NCBI GenBank assembly: GCA_027923505.1
Contig: BROI01000018.1
Location: 1-64,000 of the forward strand
Length of the DNA: 64,000 nt
Direction: 5' to 3'
Origin: Mayamaea pseudoterrestris
Lineage: Eukaryota
The position numbers and the translations under genes are program-made. The notes beneath the pieces are model-generated. The model was not told the origin of the DNA and searched no databases. It saw nothing but the letters and a program-made list of their open reading frames with translations. Positions 27,100 to 42,000 of the stretch are shown here, one piece after another. Positions within the stretch are counted from its first letter, which is position 1; each line of letters starts with the position of its first letter.

Positions 27100-30000
27100 T
27101 GTGACAACTTGTCAACCAGTCTCAGCCAGCAGTCGTGACATTCAAACACCCCTACAGCAAGCCCTGTAGGTGCCCAAAATACACCAGATTGGTGCCAACA
27201 TCATTATTCAGGCTGCGCTACAAGATGGTAGGCTTGGCTGGTGTCTCAGGGGATGGCAATGTATTTGGTGACAACTTGTCACCAGTCTTGGCCTGCAGAT
27301 GCCGTGACATTCAAACGCCCCTACAGCAAGCCCTGTAGGTGCCCAAAATACACCAGATTGGTGCCAACATCATTATTCAGACTGCGCTACAAGATTTTAG
27401 TCTTGGCTGGTGTCTCTGGGGATGGCAATGTATTTGGTGACAACTTGTCACCAGTCTCAGCCCGCAGATGTCGTGACATTCAAACGCCCCTACAGCAAGC
27501 CCTGTAGGTGCCCAAAATACACCAGAATGGTGCCAACATCATTATTCAGGACGCGCTACAAGATGGTAGTCTTGGCTGGTGTCTCAGGGGATGGCAATGT
27601 ATTTGGTGACAACTTGTCACCAGTCTCAGCCTGCAGATGCTGTGACATTCAAACGCCCCTACAGCAAGCCCTGTAGGTGCCCAAAATACACCAGAATGGT
27701 GCCAACATCATAACTCAGGCTGCGCTACAAGATAGTTGGCTTGGCTGGTGTCGCAGGGGATGACAATGTATTTGGTGACAACTTGTCAACCAGTCTCAGC
27801 CAGCAGTCGTGACATTCAAACACCCCTACAGCAAGCCCTGTAGGTGCCCAAAATACACCAGATTGGTGCCAACATCATTATTCAGGCTGCGCTACAAGAT
27901 GGTAGGCTTGGCTGGTGTCTCAGGGGATGGCAATGTATTTGGTGACAACTTGTCACCAGTCTTGGCCTGCAGATGCCGTGACATTCAAACGCCCCTACAG
28001 CAAGCCCTGTAGGTGCCCAAAATACACCAGATTGGTGCCAACATCATTATTCAGACTGCGCTACAAGATTTTAGTCTTGGCTGGTGTCTCTGGGGATGGC
28101 AATGTATTTGGTGACAACTTGTCACCAGTCTCAGCCCGCAGATGTCGTGACATTCAAACGCCCCTACAGCAAGCCCTGTAGGTGCCCAAAATACACCAGA
28201 ATGGTGCCAACATCATTATTCAGGACGCGCTACAAGATGGTAGTCTTGGCTGGTGTCTCAGGGGATGGCAATGTATTTGGTGACAACTTGTCACCAGTCT
28301 CAGCCTGCAGATGCTGTGACATTCAAACGCCCCTACAGCAAGCCCTGTAGGTGCCCAAAATACACCAGAATGGTGCCAACATCATAACTCAGGCTGCGCT
28401 ACAAGATAGTTGGCTTGGCTGGTGTCGCAGGGGATGGCAATGTATTTTTGCACCATTTGCAGATGCCGTCAAACGCCCTAAGCAATGGTGCCCAATACCG
28501 AATGTGCCACCATCATTATTCAGGCTGCGCTACAAGATGGTAGTCTTGGCTGGTGTCTCAGGGGATGGCAATGTATTTGGTGACAACTTGTCACCAGTCT
28601 CAGGCAGATGCCGTGACATTCAAACGCCCCTACAGCAAGCCCTGTAGGTGCCCAAAATACACCAGAATGGTGCCAACATCATTATTCAGGCTGCGCTACA
28701 AGATGGTAGTCTTGGCTGGTGTCTCAGGGGATGGCAATGTATTTGGTGACAACTTGTCACCAGTCTCAGCCCGCAGATGCCGTGACATTCAAACGCCCCT
28801 ACAGCAAGCCCTGTAGGTGCCCCAAAATACACCAGAATGGTGCCAACATCATTATTCAGGCTGCGCTACAAGATGGTAGGCTTGGCTGGTGTCTCAGGGG
28901 ATGGCAATGTATTTGGTGACAACTTGTCACCAGTCTCAGCCCGCAGATGCCGTGACATTCAAACGCCCCTACAGCAAGCCCTGTAGGTGCCCAAAATACA
29001 CCAGAATGGTGCCAACATCATTATTCAGGCTGCGCTACAAGATGGTAGGCTTGGCTGGTGTTTCAGGGGATGGCAATGTATTTGGTGACAACTTGTCACC
29101 AGTCTCAGCCCGCAGATGCCGTGACATTCAAACGCCCCTACAGCAAGCCCTGTAGGTGCCCAAAATACACCAGAATGGTGCCAACATCATTATTCAGGCT
29201 GCGCTACAAGATGGTAGTCTTGGCTGGTGTCTCAGGGGATGGCAATGTATTTGGTGACAACTTGTCACCAGTCTCAGCCCGCAGATGCCGTGACATTCAA
29301 ACGCCCCTACAGCAAGCCCTGTAGGTGCCCAAAATACACCAGAATGGTGCCAACATCATTATTCAGGCTGCGCTACAAGATGGTAGGCTTGGCTGGTGTC
29401 TCAGGGGATGGCAATGTATTTGGTGACAACTTGTCACCAGTCTCAGCCCGCAGATGCCGTGACATTCAAACGCCCCTACAGCAAGCCCTGTAGGTGCCCA
29501 AAATACACCAGAATGGTGCCAACATCATTATTCAGGCTGCGCTACAAGATGGTAGTCTTGGCTGGTGTCTCAGGGGATGGCAATGTATTTGGTGACAACT
29601 TGTCACCAGTCTCAGCCCGCAGATGCCGTGACATTCAAATGCCCCTACAGCAAGCCCTGTAGGTGCCCAAAATACACCAGAATGGTGCCAACATCATTAT
29701 TCAGGCTGCGCTACAAGATGGTAGTCTTGGCTGGTGTCTCAGGGGATGGCAATGTATTTGGTGACAACTTGTCACCAGTCTCAGCCCGCAGATGCCGTGA
29801 CATTCAAACACCCCTACAGCAAGCCCTGTAGGTGCCCAAAATACACCAGAATGGTGCCAACATCATTATTCAGGCTGCGCTACAAGATGGTAGGCTTGGC
29901 TGGTGTCTCAGGGGATGGCAATGTATTTGGTGACAACTTGTCACCAGTCTCAGCCCGCAGATGCCATGACATTCAAACGCCCCCTACAGCAAGCCCTGTA

Positions 30001-33000
30001 GGTGCCCAAAATACACCAGAATGGTGCCAACATCATTATTCAGGCTGCGCTACAAGATGGTAGGCTTGGCTGGTGTCTCAGGGGATGGCAATGTATTTGG
30101 TGACAACTTGTCACCAGTCTCAGCCCGCAGATGCCGTGACATTCAAACGCCCCTACAGCAAGCCCTGTAGGTGCCCAAAATACACCAGAATGGTGCCAAC
30201 ATCATTATTCAGGCTGCGCTACAAGATGGTAGGCTTGGCTGGTGTCTCAGGGGATGGCAATGTATTTGGTGACAACTTGTCACCAGTCTCAGCCCGCAGA
30301 TGCCGTGACATTCAAATGCCCCTACAGCAAGCCCTGTAGGTGCCCAAAATACACCAGAATGGTGCCAACATCATTATTCAGGCTGCGCTACAAGATGGTA
30401 GTCTTGGCTGGTGACTCAGGGGATGGCAATGTATTTGGTGACAACTTGTCACCAGTCTCAGCCCGCAGATGCCGTGACATTCAAATGCCCCTACAGCAAG
30501 CCCTGTAGGTGCCCAAAATACACCAGAATGGTGCCAACATCATTATTCAGGCTGCGCTACAAGATGGTAGTCTTGGCTGGTGTCTCAGGGGATGGCAATG
30601 TATTTGGTGACAACTTGTCACCAGTCTCAGCCCGCAGATGCCGTGACATTCAAACGCCCCTACAGCAAGCCCTGTAGGTGCCCAAAATACACCAGAATGG
30701 TGCCAACATCATTATTCAGGCTGCGCTACAAGATGGTAGGCTTGGCTGGTGACTCAGGGGATGGCAATGTATTTGGTGACAACTTGTCACCAGTCTCAGC
30801 CCGCAGATGCCGTGACATTCAAACACCCCTACAGCAAGCCCTGTAGGTGCCCAAAATACACCAGAATGGTGCCAACATCCTTATTCAGGCTGCGCTACAA
30901 GATGGTAGGCTTGGCTGGTGACTCAGGGGATGGCAATGTATTTGGTGACAACTTGTCACCAGTCTCAGCCCGCAGATGCCGTGACATTCAAACGCCCCTA
31001 CAGCAAGCCCTGTAGGTGCCCAAAATACACCAGAATGGTGCCAACATCACTATTTAGGCTGCGCTACAAGATGGTAGTCTTGGCTGGTGTCTCAGGGGAT
31101 GGCAATGTATTTGGTGACAACTTGTCACCAGTCTCAGCCCGCAGATGCCGTGACATTCAAACGCCCCTACAGCAAGCCCTGTAGGTGCCCAAAATACACC
31201 AGAATGGTGCCAACATCATTATTCAGGCTGCGCTACAAAATGGTAGGCTTGGCTGGTGTCTCAGGGGATGGCAATGTATTTGGTGACAACTTGTCACCAG
31301 TCTCAGCCCGCAGATGCCGTGACATTCAAATGCCCCTACAGCAAGCCCTGTAGGTGCCCAAAATACTCCAGAATGGTGCCAACATCCTTATTCAGGCTGC
31401 GCTACAAGATGGTAGTCTTGGCTGGTGACTCAGGGGATGGCAATGTATTTGGTGACAACTTGTCACCAGTCTCAGCCCGCAGATGCCGTGACATTCAAAT
31501 GCCCCTACAGCAAGCCCTGTAGGTGCCCAAAATACACCAGAATGGTGCCAACATCATTTTTCAGGCTGCGCTACAAGATGGTAGTCTTGGCTGGTGACTC
31601 AGGGGATGGCAATGTATTTGGTGACAACTTGTCACCAGTCTCAGCCCGCAGATGCCGTGACATTCAAATGCCCCTACAGCAAGCCCTGTAGGTGCCCAAA
31701 ATACACCAGAATGGTGCCAACATCATTATTCAGGCTGCGCTACAAGATGGTAGGCTTGGCTGGTGACTCAGGGGATGGCAATGTATTTGGTGACAACTTG
31801 TCACCAGTCTCAGCCCGCAGATGCCGTGACATTCAAACGCCCCTACAGCAAGCCCTGTAGGTGCCCAAAATACACCAGAATGGTGCCAACATCATTATTC
31901 AGGCTGCGCTACAAGATGGTAGTCTTGGCTGGTGTCTCAGGGGATGGCAATGTATTTGGTGACAACTTGTCACCAGTCTCAGCCCGCAGATGCCGTGACA
32001 TTCAAATGCCCCTACAGCAAGCCCTGTAGGTGCCCAAAATACACCAGAATGGTGCCAACATCATTATTCAGGCTGCGCTACAAGATGGTAGTCTTGGCTG
32101 GTGTCTCAGGGGATGGCAATGTATTTGGTGACAACTTGTCACCAGTCTCAGCCCGCAGATGCCGTGACATTCAAATGCCCCTACAGCAAGCCCTGTAGGT
32201 GCCCAAAATACACCAGAATGGTGCCAACATCATTATTCAGGCTGCGCTACAAGATGGTAGTCTTGGCTGGTGTCTCAGGGGATGGCAATGTATTTGGTGA
32301 CAACTTGTCACCAGTCTCAGCCCGCAGATGCCGTGACATTCAAATGCCCCTACAGCAAGCCCTGTAGGTGCCCAAAATACACCAGAATGGTGCCAACATC
32401 CTTATTCAGGCTGCGCTACAAGATGGTAGGCTTGGCTGGTGTCTCAGGGGATGGCAATGTATTTGGTGACAACTTGTCACCAGTCTCAGCCCGCAGATGC
32501 CGTGACATTCAAACGCCCCTACAGCAAGCCCTGTAGGTGCCCAAAATACACCAGAATGGTGCCAACATCCTTATTCAGGCTGCGCTACAAGATGGTAGGC
32601 TTGGCTGGTGTCTCAGGGGATGGCAATGTATTTGGTGACAACTTGTCACCAGTCTCAGCCCGCAGATGCCGTGACATTCAAATGCCCCTACAGCAAGCCC
32701 TGTAGGTGCCCAAAATACACCAGAATGGTGCCAACATCATTATTCAGGCTGCGCTACAAGATGGTAGGCTTGGCTGGTGTCTCAGGGGATGGCAATGTAT
32801 TTGGTGACAACTTGTCACCAGTCTCAGCCCGCAGATGCCGTGACATTCAAACGCCCCTACAGCAAGCCCTGTAGGTGCCCAAAATACACCAGAATGGTGC
32901 CAACATCCTTATTCAGGCTGCGCTACAAGATGGTAGTCTTGGCTGGTGTCTCAGGGGATGGCAATGTATTTGGTGACAACTTGTCACCAGTCTCAGCCCG

Positions 33001-36000
33001 CAGATGCCGTGACATTCAAACGCCCCTACAGCAAGCCCTGTAGGTGCCCAAAATACACCAGAATGGTGCCAACATCCTTATTCAGGCTGCGCTACAAGAT
33101 GGTAGGCTTGGCTGGTGTCTCAGGGGATGGCAATGTATTTGGTGACAACTTGTCACCAGTCTCAGCCCGCAGATGCCGTGACATTCAAACGCCCCTACAG
33201 CAAGCCCTGTAGGTGCCCAAAATACACCAGAATGGTGCCAACATCATTATTCAGGCTGCGCTACAAGATGGTAGTCTTGGCTGGTGTCTCAGGGGATGGC
33301 AATGTATTTGGTGACAACTTGTCACCAGTCTCAGCCCGCAGATGCCGTGACATTCAAACACCCCTACAGCAAGCCCTGTAGGTGCCCAAAATACACCAGA
33401 ATGGTGCCAACATCCTTATTCAGGCTGCGCTACAAGATGGTAGTCTTGGCTGGTGACTCAGAGCCCTGTAGGTGCCCAAAATACACCAGAATGGTGCCAA
33501 CATCATTATTCAGGCTGCGCTACAAGATGGTAGTCTTGGCTGGTGTCTCAGGGGATGGCAATGTATTTGGTGACAACTTGTCACCAGTCTCAGCCCGCAG
33601 ATGCCGTGACATTCAAACACCCCTACAGCAAGCCCTGTAGGTGCCCAAAATACACCAGAATGGTGCCAACATCATTATTCAGGCTGCGCTACAAGATGGT
33701 AGGCTTGGCTGGTGTCTCAGGGGATGGCAATGTATTTGGTGACAACTTGTCACCAGTCTCAGCCCGCAGATGCCATGACATTCAAACGCCCCCTACAGCA
33801 AGCCCTGTAGGTGCCCAAAATACACCAGAATGGTGCCAACATCATTATTCAGGCTGCGCTACAAGATGGTAGGCTTGGCTGGTGTCTCAGGGGATGGCAA
33901 TGTATTTGGTGACAACTTGTCACCAGTCTCAGCCCGCAGATGCCGTGACATTCAAACGCCCCTACAGCAAGCCCTGTAGGTGCCCAAAATACACCAGAAT
34001 GGTGCCAACATCATTATTCAGGCTGCGCTACAAGATGGTAGGCTTGGCTGGTGTCTCAGGGGATGGCAATGTATTTGGTGACAACTTGTCACCAGTCTCA
34101 GCCCGCAGATGCCGTGACATTCAAATGCCCCTACAGCAAGCCCTGTAGGTGCCCAAAATACACCAGAATGGTGCCAACATCATTATTCAGGCTGCGCTAC
34201 AAGATGGTAGTCTTGGCTGGTGACTCAGGGGATGGCAATGTATTTGGTGACAACTTGTCACCAGTCTCAGCCCGCAGATGCCGTGACATTCAAATGCCCC
34301 TACAGCAAGCCCTGTAGGTGCCCAAAATACACCAGAATGGTGCCAACATCATTATTCAGGCTGCGCTACAAGATGGTAGTCTTGGCTGGTGTCTCAGGGG
34401 ATGGCAATGTATTTGGTGACAACTTGTCACCAGTCTCAGCCCGCAGATGCCGTGACATTCAAACGCCCCTACAGCAAGCCCTGTAGGTGCCCAAAATACA
34501 CCAGAATGGTGCCAACATCATTATTCAGGCTGCGCTACAAGATGGTAGGCTTGGCTGGTGACTCAGGGGATGGCAATGTATTTGGTGACAACTTGTCACC
34601 AGTCTCAGCCCGCAGATGCCGTGACATTCAAACACCCCTACAGCAAGCCCTGTAGGTGCCCAAAATACACCAGAATGGTGCCAACATCCTTATTCAGGCT
34701 GCGCTACAAGATGGTAGGCTTGGCTGGTGACTCAGGGGATGGCAATGTATTTGGTGACAACTTGTCACCAGTCTCAGCCCGCAGATGCCGTGACATTCAA
34801 ACGCCCCTACAGCAAGCCCTGTAGGTGCCCAAAATACACCAGAATGGTGCCAACATCACTATTTAGGCTGCGCTACAAGATGGTAGTCTTGGCTGGTGTC
34901 TCAGGGGATGGCAATGTATTTGGTGACAACTTGTCACCAGTCTCAGCCCGCAGATGCCGTGACATTCAAACGCCCCTACAGCAAGCCCTGTAGGTGCCCA
35001 AAATACACCAGAATGGTGCCAACATCATTATTCAGGCTGCGCTACAAAATGGTAGGCTTGGCTGGTGTCTCAGGGGATGGCAATGTATTTGGTGACAACT
35101 TGTCACCAGTCTCAGCCCGCAGATGCCGTGACATTCAAATGCCCCTACAGCAAGCCCTGTAGGTGCCCAAAATACTCCAGAATGGTGCCAACATCCTTAT
35201 TCAGGCTGCGCTACAAGATGGTAGTCTTGGCTGGTGACTCAGGGGATGGCAATGTATTTGGTGACAACTTGTCACCAGTCTCAGCCCGCAGATGCCGTGA
35301 CATTCAAATGCCCCTACAGCAAGCCCTGTAGGTGCCCAAAATACACCAGAATGGTGCCAACATCATTTTTCAGGCTGCGCTACAAGATGGTAGTCTTGGC
35401 TGGTGACTCAGGGGATGGCAATGTATTTGGTGACAACTTGTCACCAGTCTCAGCCCGCAGATGCCGTGACATTCAAATGCCCCTACAGCAAGCCCTGTAG
35501 GTGCCCAAAATACACCAGAATGGTGCCAACATCATTATTCAGGCTGCGCTACAAGATGGTAGGCTTGGCTGGTGACTCAGGGGATGGCAATGTATTTGGT
35601 GACAACTTGTCACCAGTCTCAGCCCGCAGATGCCGTGACATTCAAACGCCCCTACAGCAAGCCCTGTAGGTGCCCAAAATACACCAGAATGGTGCCAACA
35701 TCATTATTCAGGCTGCGCTACAAGATGGTAGTCTTGGCTGGTGTCTCAGGGGATGGCAATGTATTTGGTGACAACTTGTCACCAGTCTCAGCCCGCAGAT
35801 GCCGTGACATTCAAATGCCCCTACAGCAAGCCCTGTAGGTGCCCAAAATACACCAGAATGGTGCCAACATCATTATTCAGGCTGCGCTACAAGATGGTAG
35901 TCTTGGCTGGTGTCTCAGGGGATGGCAATGTATTTGGTGACAACTTGTCACCAGTCTCAGCCCGCAGATGCCGTGACATTCAAATGCCCCTACAGCAAGC

Positions 36001-39000
36001 CCTGTAGGTGCCCAAAATACACCAGAATGGTGCCAACATCATTATTCAGGCTGCGCTACAAGATGGTAGTCTTGGCTGGTGTCTCAGGGGATGGCAATGT
36101 ATTTGGTGACAACTTGTCACCAGTCTCAGCCCGCAGATGCCGTGACATTCAAATGCCCCTACAGCAAGCCCTGTAGGTGCCCAAAATACACCAGAATGGT
36201 GCCAACATCCTTATTCAGGCTGCGCTACAAGATGGTAGGCTTGGCTGGTGTCTCAGGGGATGGCAATGTATTTGGTGACAACTTGTCACCAGTCTCAGCC
36301 CGCAGATGCCGTGACATTCAAACGCCCCTACAGCAAGCCCTGTAGGTGCCCAAAATACACCAGAATGGTGCCAACATCCTTATTCAGGCTGCGCTACAAG
36401 ATGGTAGGCTTGGCTGGTGTCTCAGGGGATGGCAATGTATTTGGTGACAACTTGTCACCAGTCTCAGCCCGCAGATGCCGTGACATTCAAATGCCCCTAC
36501 AGCAAGCCCTGTAGGTGCCCAAAATACACCAGAATGGTGCCAACATCATTATTCAGGCTGCGCTACAAGATGGTAGGCTTGGCTGGTGTCTCAGGGGATG
36601 GCAATGTATTTGGTGACAACTTGTCACCAGTCTCAGCCCGCAGATGCCGTGACATTCAAACGCCCCTACAGCAAGCCCTGTAGGTGCCCAAAATACACCA
36701 GAATGGTGCCAACATCCTTATTCAGGCTGCGCTACAAGATGGTAGTCTTGGCTGGTGTCTCAGGGGATGGCAATGTATTTGGTGACAACTTGTCACCAGT
36801 CTCAGCCCGCAGATGCCGTGACATTCAAACGCCCCTACAGCAAGCCCTGTAGGTGCCCAAAATACACCAGAATGGTGCCAACATCCTTATTCAGGCTGCG
36901 CTACAAGATGGTAGGCTTGGCTGGTGTCTCAGGGGATGGCAATGTATTTGGTGACAACTTGTCACCAGTCTCAGCCCGCAGATGCCGTGACATTCAAACG
37001 CCCCTACAGCAAGCCCTGTAGGTGCCCAAAATACACCAGAATGGTGCCAACATCATTATTCAGGCTGCGCTACAAGATGGTAGTCTTGGCTGGTGTCTCA
37101 GGGGATGGCAATGTATTTGGTGACAACTTGTCACCAGTCTCAGCCCGCAGATGCCGTGACATTCAAACACCCCTACAGCAAGCCCTGTAGGTGCCCAAAA
37201 TACACCAGAATGGTGCCAACATCCTTATTCAGGCTGCGCTACAAGATGGTAGTCTTGGCTGGTGACTCAGGGGATGGCAATGTATTTGGTGACAACTTGT
37301 CACCAGTCTCAGCCCGCAGATGCCGTGACATTCAAACGCCCCTACAGCAAGCCCTGTAGGTGCCCAAAATACACCAGAATGGTGCCAACATCATTATTCA
37401 GGCTGCGCTACAAGATGGTAGGCTTGGCTGGTGACTCAGGGGATGGCAATGTATTTGGTGACAACTTGTCACCAGTCTCAGCCCGCAGATGCCGTGACAT
37501 TCAAATGCCCCTACAGCAAGCCCTGTAGGTGCCCAAAATACACCAGAATGGTGCCAACATCATTATTCAGGCTGCGCTACAAGATGGTAGGCTTGGCTGG
37601 TGTCTCAGGGGATGGCAATGTATTTGGTGACAACTTGTCACCAGTCTCAGCCCGCAGATGCCGTGACATTCAAATGCCCCTACAGCAAGCCCTGTAGGTG
37701 CCCAAAATACACCAGAATGGTGCCAACATCATTATTCAGGCTGCGCTACAAGATGGTAGTCTTGGCTGGTGTCTCAGGGGATGGCAATGTATTTGGTGAC
37801 AACTTGTCACCAGTCTCAGCCCGCAGATGCCGTGACATTCAAATGCCCCTACAGCAAGCCCTGTAGGTGCCCAAAATACACCAGAATGGTGCCAACATCC
37901 TTATTCAGGCTGCGCTACAAGATGGTAGTCTTGGCTGGTGACTCAGGGGATGGCAATGTATTTGGTGACAACTTGTCACCAGTCTCAGCCCGCAGATGCC
38001 GTGACATTCAAATGCCCCTACAGCAAGCCCTGTAGGTGCCCAAAATACACCAGAATGGTGCCAACATCATTATTCAGGCTGCGCTACAAGATGGTAGGCT
38101 TGGCTGGTGTCTCAGGGGATGGCAATGTATTTGGTGACAACTTGTCACCAGTCTCAGCCCGCAGATGCCGTGACATTCAAATGCCCCTACAGCAAGCCCT
38201 GTAGGTGCCCAAAATACACCAGAATGGTGCCAACATCCTTATTCAGGCTGCGCTACAAGATGGTAGTCTTGGCTGGTGTCTCAGGGGATGGCAATGTATT
38301 TGGTTACAACTTGTCACCAGTCTCAGCCCGCAGATGCCGTGACATTCAAACGCCCCTACAGCAAGCCCTGTAGGTGCCCAAAATACACCAGAATGGTGCC
38401 AACATCCTTATTCAGGCTGCGCTACAAGATGGTAGTCTTGGCTGGTGTCTCAGGGGATGGCAATGTATTTGGTGACAACTTGTCACCAGTCTCAGCCCGC
38501 AGATGCCGTGACATTCAAATGCCCCTACAGCAAGCCCTGTAGGTGCCCAAAATACACCAGAATGGTGCCAACATCCTTATTCAGGCTGCGCTACAAGATG
38601 GTAGGCTTGGCTGGTGTCTCAGGGGATGGCAATGTATTTGGTGACAACTTGTCACCAGTCTCAGCCCGCAGATGCCGTGACATTCAAATGCCCCTACAGC
38701 AAGCCCTGTAGGTGCCCAAAATACACCAGAATGGTGCCAACATCATTATTCAGGCTGCGCTACAAGATGGTAGTCTTGGCTGGTGTCTCAGGGGATGGCA
38801 ATGTATTTGATGACAACTTGTCACCAGTCTCAGCCCGCAGATGCCGTGACATTCAAACGCCCCTACAGCAAGCCCTGTAGGTGCCCAAAATACACCAGAA
38901 TGGTGCCAACATCATTATTCAGGCTGCGCTACATGATGGTAGGCTTGGCTGGTGTCTCAGGGGATGGCAATGTATTTGGTGACAACTTGTCACCAGTCTC

Positions 39001-42000
39001 AGCCCGCAGATGCCGTGACATTCAAATGCCCCTACAGCAAGCCCTGTAGGTGCCCAAAATACACCAGAATGGTGCCAACATCCTTATTCAGGCTGCGCTA
39101 CAAGATGGTAGTCTTGGCTGGTGTCTCAGGGGATGGCAATGTATTTGGTGACAACTTGTCACCAGTCTCAGCCAGCAGATGCCATGACATTCAAATGCCC
39201 CTACAGCAAGCCCTGTAGGTGCCCAAAATACACCAGAATGGTGCCAACATCATTTTTCAGGCTGCGCTACAAGATGGTAGTCTTGGCTGGTGACTCAGGG
39301 GATGGCAATGTATTTGGTGACAACTTGTCACCAGTCTCAGCCCGCAGATGCCGTGACATTCAAACGCCCCTACAGCAAGCCCTGTAGGTGCCCAAAGTAC
39401 ACCAGAATGGTGCCAACATCATTATTCAGGCTGCGCTACAAGATGGTAGGCTTGGCTGGTGTCTCAGGGGATGGCAATGTATTTGGTTACAACTTGTCAC
39501 CAGTCTCAGCCCGCAGATGCCGTGACATTCAAACGCCCCTACAGCAAGCCCTGGAGGTGCCCAAAATACACCAGAATGGTGCCAACATCATTATTCAGGC
39601 TGCGCTACAAGATGGTAGGCTTGGCTGGTGTCTCAGGGGATGGCAATGTATTTGGTGACAACTTGTCACCAGTCTCAGCCCGCAGATGCCGTGACATTCA
39701 AACGCCCCTACAGCAAGCCCTGTAGGTGCCCAAAATACACCAGAATGGTGCCAACATCATTATTCAGGCTGCGCTACAAGATGGTAGGCTTGGCTGGTGT
39801 CTCAGGGGATGGCAATGTATTTGGTGACAACTTGTCACCAGTCTCAGCCCGCAGATGCCATGACATTCAAATGCCCCTACAGCAAGCCCTGTAGGTGCCC
39901 AAAATACACCAGATTGGTGCCCACATCATTATTCAGGCTGCGCTACATGATGGTAGTCTTGGCTGGTGTCTCAGGGGATGGCAATGTATTTGATGACAAC
40001 TTGTCACCAGTCTCAGCCCGCAGATGCCGTGACATTCAAATGCCCCTACAGCAAGCCCTGTAGGTGCCCAAAATACACCAGAATGGTGCCAACATCATTA
40101 TTCAGGCTGCGCTACAAGATGGTAGTCTTGGCTGGTGTCTCAGGGGATGGCAATGTATTTGGTGACAACTTGTCACCAGTCTCAGCCAGCAGATGCCATG
40201 ACATTCAAATGCCCCTACAGCAAGCCATGTATACACCCAAATGACACCAGAATGTTGCCGACATCCTTATACAGGCTGCACTACAAGATGGTAGTCTTGG
40301 CTGGTGTCTCAGGGGATAGCGGAATTTTGTGACAACTTGTCACCAGTCTCAGCCCGCAGATGCCTTGACATTCAAACACCCCTACAGCAAGCCCTGTAGG
40401 TGCCCAAAATACAACAGAATGGTGCCAACATCCTTACTCAGGCTGCGCTACCAGATGTTAGGTTTGGCTGGTGTCTCAGGGGATGGCAATGTTTTTGGTT
40501 ACAACTTGTCACCAGTCTCAGCCCGCAGATGCCGTGACATTCAAACGCCCCTACAGCAAGCCCTGTAGGTGCCCAAAATACACCAGAATGGTGCCAACAT
40601 CATTATTCAGGCTGCGCTACAAGATGGTAGGCTTGGCTGGTGTCTCAGGGGATGGCAATGTATTTGGTGACAACTTGTCACCAGTCTCAGCCCGCAGATG
40701 CCGTGACATTCAAACGCCCCTACAGCAAGCCCTGTAGGTGCCCAAAATACACCAGAATGGTGCCAACATCCTTATTCAGGCTGCGCTACAAGATGGTAGG
40801 CTTGGCTGGTGTCTCAGGGGATGGCAATGTATTTGGTGACAACTTGTCACCAGTCTCAGCCCGCAGATGCCGTGACATTCAAATGCCCCTACAGCAAGCC
40901 CTGTAGGTGCCCAAAATACACCAGAATGGTGCCAACATCATTATTCAGGCTGCGCTACAAGATGGTAGGCTTGGCTGGTGTCTCAGGGGATGGCAATGTA
41001 TTTGGTGACAACTTGTCACCAGTCTCAGCCCGCAGATGCCGTGACATTCAAACGCCCCTACAGCAAGCCCTGTAGGTGCCCAAAATACACCAGAATGGTG
41101 CCAACATCCTTATTCAGGCTGCGCTACAAGATGGTAGTCTTGGCTGGTGTCTCAGGGGATGGCAATGTATTTGGTGACAACTTGTCACCAGTCTCAGCCC
41201 GCAGATGCCGTGACATTCAAATGCCCCTACAGCAAGCCATGTAGGTGCCCAAAATACACCAGAATGGTGCCAACATCCTTATTCAGGCTGCGCTACAAGA
41301 TGGTAGGCTTGGCTGGTGTCTCAGGGGATGGCAATGTATTTGGTGACAACTTGTCACCAGTCTCAGCCCGCAGATGCCGTGACATTCAAACGCCCCTACA
41401 GCAAGCCCTGTAGGTGCCCAAAATACACCAGAATGGTGCCAACATCCTTATTCAGGCTGCGCTACAAGATGGTAGGCTTGGCTGGTGTCTCAGGGGATGG
41501 CAATGTATTTGGTGACAACTTGTCACCAGTCTCAGCCCGCAGATGCCGTGACATTCAAACGCCCCTACAGCAAGCCCTGTAGGTGCCCAAAATACACCAG
41601 AATGGTGCCAACATCCTTATTCAGGCTGCGCTACAAGATGGTAGGCTTGGCTGGTGTCTCAGGGGATGGCAATGTATTTGGTGACAACTTGTCACCAGTC
41701 TCAGCCCGCAGATGCCGTGACATTCAAATGCCCCTACAGCAAGCCCTGTAGGTGCCCAAAATACACCAGAATGGTGCCAACATCATTATTCAGGCTGCGC
41801 TACAAGATGGTAGTCTTGGCTGGTGTCTCAGGGGATGGCAATGTATTTGGTGACAACTTGTCACCAGTCTCAGCCCGCAGATGCCGTGACATTCAAATGC
41901 CCCTACAGCAAGCCCTGTAGGTGCCCAAAATACACCAGAATGTTGCAACAGGCGCACAAATGGTAGTCTTGGCGGTGTCTCAGGGGAATGTATTGTACAC

